DNA of 25,530 nucleotides from Thermoplasmata archaeon (GTDB taxonomy: Archaea; Thermoplasmatota; Penumbrarchaeia; Penumbrarchaeales; Penumbrarchaeaceae): NCBI GenBank assembly GCA_023145185.1, contig JAGLEG010000100.1, positions 1 through 25,530 of the forward strand, written 5' to 3'. Under the pieces are notes generated by a model that made no database searches, was not told the origin of the DNA, and was given only the letters and a program-made list of their open reading frames with translations. Every line of letters starts with the position of its first letter. Within the stretch, counting starts at the first letter, position 1. Both the position numbers and the translations under genes were made by a program. Shown piece by piece: positions 15,296 through 24,100 of this stretch.

Positions 15296-17875
15296 ATGCG
15301 AAATGTGACGATAGGGATTCTTGTTCTGCTTGGTCTGCTCCTGGGTATGGCTTTTGTGCCTTTTTCCCAGGCTGCTCCGGGGATGGACGAGAGCGCGGAC
15401 AAGTCTATGATCACGACAGAGAACGGCAACGAGGAGTACTTTCTGGACAGCGGTGACATGAAGTTCGTCATCGACATGATCTATGATCAGGAGAGGAGCA
15501 CGGAGGTGAAGATATTCGTGGTGAACCCGGATGTTGACCCAAGGGACATGCGGATCGTGATGATGGTCGATGATGAACAGGCCGATTGGTCATTCAAGAT
15601 CATCGAGATCCAGGATGGAGACGGCGAAGACCTCATTGGGGACGGCGATACGACCGAGATCGAGAAGGAAAAAGAGTATCTGATCGGCGGGGTCGACGGC
15701 GGAAAACAGCTCACGGTCATTATCGACGCGAGGTACAAGGGCGAGGACAAGGACGCCTCCACACCGATCAGCCTTCAGGTGACGGTGGGCGGTATGACCG
15801 CCTCAAAGACCCTGGATTTCTACGTCACAGAGGGAAACTATCTGTTCATCTGGCTCTCTCTGGCCTTTTCCATGGTGGGCCTGCTCTATGCGTTCATACT
15901 GGCACGGACCGTTATGAAGAGGAAGGTTGACAACGAGGACCTGGAGAGGATATCCGGATACATCAAGGATGGTGCAAAGGCTTTCCTTTTGGCCGAATAC
16001 AAGGTTATCGCCGTGTTCGCAGGTGCCGCCGTCCTCGCATTGATCATAATGGTATTCACTCTTGGCATGGTCTGGATGGTGGTTCCAGCCTTCATATTCG
16101 GGGCGCTGTTCTCGGCCACTGCGGGGAATATTGGAATGAGGGTGGCGACAATGGCCAATTCCAAGACCGCATGGGCCTGCAAGGACTCTATCAACTCCGG
16201 CCTGAAGGTTGCTTTCAACTCCGGGGCCGTCATGGGGCTCACCGTGGTGGGCCTGGGGCTCACGGGTGTTACGGTCCTGTACGCCCTCTTCGGCAATGTG
16301 GAGATGCTCTTCGGCTTCGGCTTCGGCGCATCGAGCATAGCCCTCTTCGCCAGGGTTGGCGGAGGCATATATACAAAGGCTGCCGACGTCGGCGCCGACC
16401 TTGTAGGCAAGGTCGAGGCGGGTATCCCAGAGGACGACCCGAGGAACCCCGCAACGATCGCTGACAACGTGGGTGACAACGTTGGAGATGTGGCCGGGAT
16501 GGGAGCTGACCTCTTCGAATCATACGTTGACTCGATCATAGCTGCGATGGCCCTTGGTATCGTCGGCATTTCGGTCATGAGAGATGGTGACCTCATACAC
16601 GGTGGCTCGGTCGGCTGGGCCGTTATCCTCCCGATCCTGCTCGCAGGTATGGGGATCATATCGGCGATAATCGGGACCCTGCTCGTTGGCGGCAAGGGAG
16701 ACCCCCACAAGGCGCTCAACAGGGGGATATATGGTGCTTCTATTATCATGGCCGTTGCCACATTTATCGTCATGTTCCTGATATTCAAGGATGGTAATGT
16801 CGTGTTCCCACTGTTCCTATCCGTGGTCACGGGCCTTGGTGCGGGGATCCTCATAGGAAAGGCGACAGAGTATTACACCTCGGACAAGAAGGGGCCCACA
16901 AGGCGCGTTGCGGAGGCTTCCCAGACCGGGGCGGCCACCAATATCATCTCCGGGCTTGCTCTTGGGATGTGGTCAACGATAATACCCGTTCTTGCAGTGG
17001 TCGCCACGATCATGATCACTTACTATCTTGCTGGCCTCTACGGCATCGCCCTGGCAGCGGTTGGTATGCTATCCACGCTGGGGATAACCCTGGCCACCGA
17101 TACCTATGGGCCCGTTGCGGATAACGCTGCGGGACTCGCCGAGATGGCGGGACTTGGAAAGAACGTCAGGAAGAGGGCAGAGGAGCTGGACGCGGTGGGC
17201 AACACCACTGCGGCCATAGGGAAAGGGTTTGCGATAGGCTCTGCCGGCCTGACCGCCCTTGCTCTGTTCTCTGCATTCACGATCGCAGCGGGGATCGACC
17301 TGAGCTCATTTACGCTCGTCAACCCTGCGGTGGTCGCCGGACTGTTCCTTGGCGGCCTTCTACCGTTCGTCTTCTCTGCTCTTACCATGCAGGCGGTGGG
17401 GACCGCGGCTCAGGGTATGGTGGAGGAGGTCAGGAGGCAGTTCAGGGAGATCAAGGGAATACTTGAGGGAGAGGCGGAGCCGGACTACGAGAGGTGTGTG
17501 GAGATATCCACCCAATCGGCCCTCAAGGCGATGATCCTACCCTCGCTTATTGCGGTGCTTGCGCCGATCATCGTGGGCTCGATATCGATCGTGGCCCTGG
17601 GAGGCATGCTGGCCGGGTCCATAGTGACCGGTTTCGTGCTCGCCGTGATGATGGCGAACTCGGGCGGTGCCTGGGATAACGCAAAGAAATACATCGAGGG
17701 CGGCGCACTCGGCGGCAAGGGATCCGATCCCCACAAGGCCGCGGTAGTTGGCGACACCGTCGGCGATCCGTTCAAGGATACGTCCGGACCTTCGTTGAAC
17801 ATCCTGATCAAGCTGATGTCCATCGTCTCTCTGGTGTTCGTCCCCCTGTTCATACTCCTGAACTCGCTCATCTGA
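15296..17875 (+). CDS. hppA: Membrane-integral pyrophosphatase, K+-dependent, probably Na+-translocating, with an extra N-terminal signal peptide and extracellular domain
   Basis: [91 protein letters not shown] and [17 protein letters not shown]. Ala in GNTTAA indicates K+ dependence. Glu in DLFESY is at the position typical of Na+-PPases. Confidence 0.95.
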   Translation: MRNVTIGILVLLGLLLGMAFVPFSQAAPGMDESADKSMITTENGNEEYFLDSGDMKFVIDMIYDQERSTEVKIFVVNPDVDPRDMRIVMMVDDEQADWSFKIIEIQDGDGEDLIGDGDTTEIEKEKEYLIGGVDGGKQLTVIIDARYKGEDKDASTPISLQVTVGGMTASKTLDFYVTEGNYLFIWLSLAFSMVGLLYAFILARTVMKRKVDNEDLERISGYIKDGAKAFLLAEYKVIAVFAGAAVLALIIMVFTLGMVWMVVPAFIFGALFSATAGNIGMRVATMANSKTAWACKDSINSGLKVAFNSGAVMGLTVVGLGLTGVTVLYALFGNVEMLFGFGFGASSIALFARVGGGIYTKAADVGADLVGKVEAGIPEDDPRNPATIADNVGDNVGDVAGMGADLFESYVDSIIAAMALGIVGISVMRDGDLIHGGSVGWAVILPILLAGMGIISAIIGTLLVGGKGDPHKALNRGIYGASIIMAVATFIVMFLIFKDGNVVFPLFLSVVTGLGAGILIGKATEYYTSDKKGPTRRVAEASQTGAATNIISGLALGMWSTIIPVLAVVATIMITYYLAGLYGIALAAVGMLSTLGITLATDTYGPVADNAAGLAEMAGLGKNVRKRAEELDAVGNTTAAIGKGFAIGSAGLTALALFSAFTIAAGIDLSSFTLVNPAVVAGLFLGGLLPFVFSALTMQAVGTAAQGMVEEVRRQFREIKGILEGEAEPDYERCVEISTQSALKAMILPSLIAVLAPIIVGSISIVALGGMLAGSIVTGFVLAVMMANSGGAWDNAKKYIEGGALGGKGSDPHKAAVVGDTVGDPFKDTSGPSLNILIKLMSIVSLVFVPLFILLNSLI

Positions 17876-17898
17876 GTTTGTGTTTGAAGCGGACTATC

Positions 17899-17929
17899 GG
17901 GAGCTCCTCTGGAGCTCCCTTTTTTTTTT
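17899..17929 (+). terminator. Hairpin plus T-tract terminator after hppA
   Basis: GGGAGCTCC-TCT-GGAGCTCCC perfect 9-bp stem followed by ten T. Confidence 0.85.
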
Positions 17930-18035
17930 ATTTGATATTGCAGAGACCGAAATATTCTTTAATGGAATACCAATACTATATCATTCAGCCTCGATCAGGG
18001 GTTGATCCAGTCAGGGGGAATGACCTATTAACGGG

Positions 18036-20936
18036 ATGAAAGCTGTAATATTATCTTTGTTTTTGATCGCAAGCGGAATGTTCCTGTTCACCATGCCGGA
18101 CGATGTTGACTCGATGAGCTTCGACCCGCGGTGGGACGTTGATGGGAACAGGACCGTTGTATGCAACGCAACACTCGACCAGTACTTGCTCGGATCGATC
18201 GGCGACGGCGAGGGTGGAATGATCGTGGTTTGGGTAGATTATAGATTGGACGATTCCGCGGATACCTATGTTCAACGGTTATCCGCTGACGGAACTCCCT
18301 TGTGGGGGGAGAACGGACTGCTTATATCCGATTTTGATTTTGATCAGGAGGATTCGCAGATTGTCTCCGATGGCGCGGGCGGGGCCATAGTTCTATGGCC
18401 CGGGTCCTCCGGTTTGGGAGATGATCTCTTCGCACAGCGCGTGGGCCACAATGGAGACCTCCTCTGGGGAGAGGAAGGGCTCATCGTCTGCGGCGCCGAG
18501 GAGGGCCAGTTGTATGCAAAGATGATCAGCGATGGGTCGGGCGGAGCGATATTCACGTGGGGGGACACCAGGGACGGAGGCTATGATATCTACGCCCAGA
18601 GGATAGATGGTGACGGGGCCCTGTTGTGGGAGGAGAACGGAACGGCCATCTGTACCATGTTCGGGGATCAGGCACGGCCGGAGATAACCTCTGATGGAGC
18701 CGGCGGTGCGATCCTCACCTGGAGGGATACCAGATATGTTGCATCGGACATATTCACCCAGCGTGTAAACCGGAGTGGAGAGGTGCAGTGGACGGAGGAT
18801 GGTGTGGAGATATGCTCGGGTTCCGGACCCCACTGGTATCCCAAGATCTTCGAGGACGGATCCGGAGGGGCGGTGATAACATGGCAGGACGGAAGGGACG
18901 GGCTCAACATCTATGCTCAGCGGGTGAATGCAACCGGGGCGCCATTGTGGGGTGAGAACGGTAAAGCGGTGTGCACCGCATCAGATGATCAGGTAGAACC
19001 CATTGTGGTGGTGGATAGCTCGGGCCATTCGATCATTGCCTGGGTGGATAACAGGGAGATGGACATGGATATCTACGCCCAGAGGATGAGCCCTGAAGGC
19101 GACATCTTGTGGGAGGAGAACGGAACGGTGGTATGTACTGCTGCAGAGAGTCAGGGTAACGTGGATATGTTGGCCGATGGATCGGGAGGTGTATTTCTTG
19201 TCTGGAGCGATTACAGGGCCAAGTCCGCAAAGGAGCTCTATACTCAACATGTCGGTCCTGATGGCATGATGTACTGGATGGAGAACGGGATCAACGTTCT
19301 CATAGGACCGAACAACCTGGCCAATCCGAGGCTGGCGGAGGATGGCAAGGGGGGGATCTTCATCGCTTGGGAGGGCAACGACCCCATCTCAGATAGAGAC
19401 ATCTATGCGAGACACATCGGGATGGTGATCACATCAACGGAGCCACAGGCCGAATTCGATGAGGATTCACTACCCGTATTTGACATGACCTCTAACGAAG
19501 ATTGGAACGCCACATGGTCACTGACCTCCGATGCTGACTGCTTCTGGATAGATCCCCAAACGGGCCTGGTATCGGGGATGCCAGATAACACACATGTAGG
19601 CATCCACTGGATCAATATTCACGTGGAGAACAACGAGTGGATGTGGGACAGCCTCAACTTCACCGTGGAGGTCATGAACATACCTGCGGTGATCACCACC
19701 CTGGAACCGATAACTACGGTTGATCAGGGGGACGCTTACCTGTTCGATCTGGACAGCAGCGACGACGGTCAGGGGAACGTGTCGTGGTCCCTATCGACAG
19801 CTGGAGGGTGGCTTACCGTAAATACGACCTCTGGTGTCCTCTCGGGAGTGCCGGAGAACCAGGATGTAGGTGAATCCACCGTCAACGTATCCGTATCCGA
19901 CGGCAACGGGGGCTTCGATCACCTGATATTCAATATCACCGTAAATGACACGAACGACGCGCCCATCATCACGAACTATGACTACATGAATGTGACCCAG
20001 GATGAGCTGTTCATACTGGCCCTGAACGCGACGGATGTCGATCTCCCGGGAGATGTACTGACGTGGAACTACACCACATCCGCATCATGGCTCGGGTTCA
20101 ACGAGACAACGCTTCTGATATCCGGCACCCCTGGAAACGACGATGTGGGCGAGCATTGGATAAACATCACCGTCGAGGACGGCAGGGGAGGTGCGGACGC
20201 CATCAATATCACGTTGATCGTTGAGAACTGGAACGATGCACCAACGATACTGACCACTGAACTGCCCATGGCCACGATAGATATTCTGTACACGTTCGAA
20301 CTGGAGGCGGTGGACATCGACCCAACGAACGATACGTTGACGTGGTCCATCTCGTCAAATAGCTCCTGGCTCTCGATAAACTCCACCACCGGGGTCCTCT
20401 CCGGGACGCCGACGGAGGATGATGTGGGATTGGAGGTCATAGAGATCACCGTCTCTGACGGCCAGGGAGGGGAGGACATCATCTTCTTCTCGCTTTCGGT
20501 CCTGGGGGTCAATGAGCCTCCTGTGATCGATCCGGTCTCACCACAAAAAGGTGTGGTGGGCGAAACGTACCTGCTGGAGCTATCAGCCACCGATATCAAT
20601 GGTGATACCATGACCTGGTCCATTGTGACCGACGCGGATTGGCTCTCGATCAACGGGACCACAGGGGCCCTTTCGGGCATGGCGGTTCTGGGAACGTTCG
20701 ACGTGACCGTGACGGTAGATGATGGGAGGGGAGGTACCGATACGATGGTTCTCACCATCGAGATCGGGCCCACCGTGACAGCTGATGATGATGACGATGA
20801 GGGAGGCGACGATACGGATGATAATGCAGGCATGATGCCGTTCATTATCATGGGCATCCTGCTCCTTCTCATCGTGGTTGTGGTGATCATCGTACTGACG
20901 AGGAAGGGATCCTCCTCCGACGCGGATGAGGAGTAA
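18036..20936 (+). CDS. Large membrane-anchored surface protein: signal peptide, 8-repeat beta-propeller-like domain, 5 cadherin-like/He_PIG Ig domains, acidic linker, C-terminal TM
   Basis: Signal MKAVILSLFLIASGMFLF; repeats DGxGGxxxxW...DIYAQRxxxxG...W; Ig repeats with W-SL...WL.IN.TTG.LSG.P...DVG...V.V.DG.GG and NDAP junctions; linker DDDDDEGGDDTDD; TM PFIIMGILLLLIVVVVIIVL; many N-x-S/T sequons. Confidence 0.9.
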   Translation: MKAVILSLFLIASGMFLFTMPDDVDSMSFDPRWDVDGNRTVVCNATLDQYLLGSIGDGEGGMIVVWVDYRLDDSADTYVQRLSADGTPLWGENGLLISDFDFDQEDSQIVSDGAGGAIVLWPGSSGLGDDLFAQRVGHNGDLLWGEEGLIVCGAEEGQLYAKMISDGSGGAIFTWGDTRDGGYDIYAQRIDGDGALLWEENGTAICTMFGDQARPEITSDGAGGAILTWRDTRYVASDIFTQRVNRSGEVQWTEDGVEICSGSGPHWYPKIFEDGSGGAVITWQDGRDGLNIYAQRVNATGAPLWGENGKAVCTASDDQVEPIVVVDSSGHSIIAWVDNREMDMDIYAQRMSPEGDILWEENGTVVCTAAESQGNVDMLADGSGGVFLVWSDYRAKSAKELYTQHVGPDGMMYWMENGINVLIGPNNLANPRLAEDGKGGIFIAWEGNDPISDRDIYARHIGMVITSTEPQAEFDEDSLPVFDMTSNEDWNATWSLTSDADCFWIDPQTGLVSGMPDNTHVGIHWINIHVENNEWMWDSLNFTVEVMNIPAVITTLEPITTVDQGDAYLFDLDSSDDGQGNVSWSLSTAGGWLTVNTTSGVLSGVPENQDVGESTVNVSVSDGNGGFDHLIFNITVNDTNDAPIITNYDYMNVTQDELFILALNATDVDLPGDVLTWNYTTSASWLGFNETTLLISGTPGNDDVGEHWINITVEDGRGGADAINITLIVENWNDAPTILTTELPMATIDILYTFELEAVDIDPTNDTLTWSISSNSSWLSINSTTGVLSGTPTEDDVGLEVIEITVSDGQGGEDIIFFSLSVLGVNEPPVIDPVSPQKGVVGETYLLELSATDINGDTMTWSIVTDADWLSINGTTGALSGMAVLGTFDVTVTVDDGRGGTDTMVLTIEIGPTVTADDDDDEGGDDTDDNAGMMPFIIMGILLLLIVVVVIIVLTRKGSSSDADEE
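18204..19421 (+). repeat. Eight tandem protein repeats of about 54 aa (probable beta-propeller blades)
   Basis: DGEGGMIVVW, DGAGGAIVLW, DGSGGAIFTW, DGAGGAILTW, DGSGGAVITW, DSSGHSIIAW, DGSGGVFLVW and DGKGGIFIAW, each followed by a D(I/L/T)(Y/F)xQR-like motif. Confidence 0.85.
19422..20771 (+). repeat. Five tandem cadherin-like / putative Ig (He_PIG-type) domains of about 90 aa
   Basis: Recurring G(L/V)(V/L/I)SG(M/V/T)P..DVG, DGxGG and N(D/E)(A/P)P junction motifs. Confidence 0.85.
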
Positions 20937-20956
20937 AAAGAGAGATGCTGGATAGC

Positions 20957-20988
20957 CCCTCCCGAGGTGGTCCTAAACCTTGGGGGGG
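20957..20988 (+). terminator. GC-rich hairpin downstream of the propeller/Ig surface protein gene (possible terminator or processing stem)
   Basis: CCCTCCCGAGGT-GGTCCTAA-ACCTTGGGGGGG, a 12-bp stem with two G-U pairs; only a weak T-run follows. Confidence 0.45.
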
Positions 20989-21194
20989 ATGATCTTTCAA
21001 CCATGGCCCGAAATGCGCCATATCTGTAACCTTATGGAGGAATAAAGCTCTTCCAGCGGAATTCGGTTATCTTTTGGACCGTTCCTAATCATTAAATAAC
21101 GGAAATTCGTTCAAAATGTGGGTCGGGTCGATCGTTCTTTTGGGGAAAACGGTCAGCCCGGTGAGCACCCTGGTTGTTTATAGAGGTGAGATGG

Positions 21195-24100
21195 ATGAAA
21201 AATTCGATGTTGATAGCTTTGATGATGGCGGCTGTGATGCTTCTTGTTCCGATGGGAACGCTCTCCATGGAAGGGCCGAAAACATTCCCTGATGCGGTGA
21301 TGGACCTCTCCACCTCATCGAGCGTTTCACACGAGGGTATAGTCGGGATGTGGGCTGGTACCTTCTCATCCATCCCGAATGGATGGACCTACATTTCCGA
21401 GATGGCGGATAAGTTCGTCCTGGGAGATTCGACCTCGCAAGGAAATGGAGGGGCGACGGAACACAAGCATACCTATACCGATATGCCCACCCATACACAC
21501 ACCATACCCTCCTCAGGAGCTCACACACATGATTTCTCCCATACAGATGTGAGATGTAGATCGTCGTCCAGCACTAATGGAAGGGGAGTTGGATCCAGTT
21601 CTGGCACAAGGGTCAGAACCAGTTCTGATGGTTCTCATACACATACCGTGAATTCCACCGGCAGCAGTTCGGCGGAGACCTCATCTTCGTCCAATCTTCC
21701 TCCGTACATTGAGCTAATATACCTCCAGAAGACGGACGCATCGGAGACCATACCCGAGGGCATGATCCTCTTCTGGTCAGGCCTTGTGTCCACGATCCCT
21801 GATGGATGGGGGCTTTGCGACGGCAACAGCAGCAATCCAGACCTCCGGAGTACGTTCTACAGGGGCGCCTCCCTGGATGAGGACGCAGGAAGCACTGGAG
21901 GCACCACCTCCCACCGCCATACATACACCGAGACCATCACCCATACACATACGTTAAACTCGGCCGGCAGACACGACCATGATTATCAGTTCCGCAGGAT
22001 CAGATCGACATTTTCTGGTTCGGCGGTCAGAGGAACGTCTACGGGAGCTACCACCATCACCACGACCTCGGAAGGCTCCCATTCACACGAGCTTTCCGTG
22101 GAGGGAACCTCTGTATGTTACACGGAGGACGAGAATAACCTGCCGCCTTACTACAAGCTCGCACCGATGATCAAGGTAGATGGTGACGGACCTCTGCCAT
22201 CGAATGCCATCTTTGGATGGTGGGATGTCTCCCAGGCTCCCGGGGAGTTCGGTGCATGTGATGGAACGAAGGGGACCCCGGACCTTGTGGACGTTATGAT
22301 AATGGGAGTTGGGCCCGGTGAGGGCCCTGGAGCAACCGGAGGGTCCACCCAGCATCAACACTCCTATTCTGATGTTCCGAGGCATGGCCATGGGACGTCC
22401 ACAGATGGCGATCACACGCATACGAGCTCCTTTTCCACCACCTATGGGAATGGGGATCCTGGCCCAACCGATATGAGAGGGACCTCGACCGGCAGCTCCT
22501 CCTCTCCCACCGAGTCCGCAGGCGATCATACTCACACTGTTTCCAAAGATGGGGCCACTGACTGCAAGACCTCAAATTCGGACGATCTTCCACCATATCG
22601 GACCATGGTATACATGATGAGGTCCTCCGTTTACAATGAGGATAAAGAGGAGTGGTATTCTACCATACAGGCCGCAGTTGATGATGCAGATGCGGGAGAT
22701 GATCTCTTCCTGACCAATGGAACCTATCTTGAGAACGTGATCGTGGGCAAGACGCTTACCATGAGTGCCAATTTCACCGGACAGGCGTTGATAAACGGGC
22801 TCAATAGTGACCACACGATGGAGGTCAAGGGGAAGAATGTCCAGATCACCGGATTGAACTTCACCAATTCATGGGATTACAGCGGGTTGTATATCATCGG
22901 TGACGGCCCCATTCTCGATGAGGTCACGTGCCACGATTCCACCGACGGCCTGTGGTTAAAAGGCGTTAATGGCGCAGAGATCACAGGTTCCAATTTCAAT
23001 AACTGCACAAGTGGTATTCTGATCGATGGCTCGTCCAACATCGGAATATCCGATTCTATTTTATCGGATAACACGGCCTCCGTAAATATATCCAACGTCC
23101 AGTCGCTAACCATCCAGAATTGCACCATGAAGGACAGTGATGTTGGAGTGGGAACCTCGGGCTCAACGATCAACAGTATACTCGTAAATGGTTCCACGTT
23201 CAATGGAGATGATAGGTCCCTGGAGCTGTATGGGGATAATGTGAGCGTCACCAACAACTCGTTTTCGGACTCTTCAGAATGGGCGGTTACGGCGGGGCAG
23301 GGCTCTGATCAAAAGGTAGCTTTCAATACGTTTGAGAGCTGTGAAAAAGGCATATATTTAAACGGTGCGAGGTGGGCAGATGTTACCGGAAACGAGTTAG
23401 ATGGAGTTGGTTACGGCATGTCGATATATGACTCTTATCTGGTGGATATCAGCGGTAATATGGTCAATTCCACGGGGAAGGGTATAGTTCTAAGCTGGGC
23501 ACAAAGTGTGGAGGTTACCGATAACGGGATCGATGCTGTAGATCTCGGAATATCCATTATGAACTCCGATACCATCAATATCAGCGATAGCAGGATCGCC
23601 GTTTCCGGAGAGGGGATCACGATCTCCGATGGCATGGATCTGAATATATGGAACAATTCGATATATGCCTGGGATATTGGCATCACAGCCCTATCATCCG
23701 ATAATAACACGATCCGTGATAATATCATATCCGGGAACCAGTCCCAGGGGATCATCCTCGATGACTGCATGGGGCACAACCTCTTACGAAATGAGGTGCT
23801 CAACTCCTCCCTCTGGTCTATCAAGCTCCTGAACTCCGATAACAACACTTTATTTGACAATGTTCTAATGGAGAATTCCTATGGTGTTGTGATCGAAGGC
23901 TCCTATGAGAATCTGATCCAGGGCAACCATATCTCCGACAGCTCTGAAAATGGGATATTGGTCCGATCATCGTTTGGCAATGAGATACGTTCGAACATGG
24001 TCCTGGATAACAGGGTGGGGATCAAGCTCAGAGATACTGTCGAGAACAGTATCTATGACAACCACATCGACAGCATCATCATGAACACCGACGTATTGAA

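Noticed and set aside
15886-16854. 322-aa minus-strand ORF
   Set aside because: Antisense to hppA; its Ala/Pro/Thr-rich composition mirrors the hydrophobic codons of the sense gene.
20069-21004. 311-aa minus-strand Ser/Thr/Val-rich ORF
   Set aside because: Antisense mirror of the acidic Ig repeats of the surface protein.
20989-21194. Possible tRNA or other ncRNA in the largest intergenic gap (contains GTTCAAA)
   Set aside because: No cloverleaf, D-arm or acceptor-stem pairing could be assembled around the motif.
21191-21292. Alternative ATG at 21191 for the last gene
   Set aside because: Its frame closes after 33 codons and it sits 1 nt from the RBS; ATG 21195 gives the open frame and the signal peptide.
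21195-22628. Prophage or provirus interpretation of the tail-collar domains
   Set aside because: The domains follow a signal peptide and are fused to cellular-type beta-helix and Ig repeats; no integrase, capsid, terminase or other virion genes in the window.
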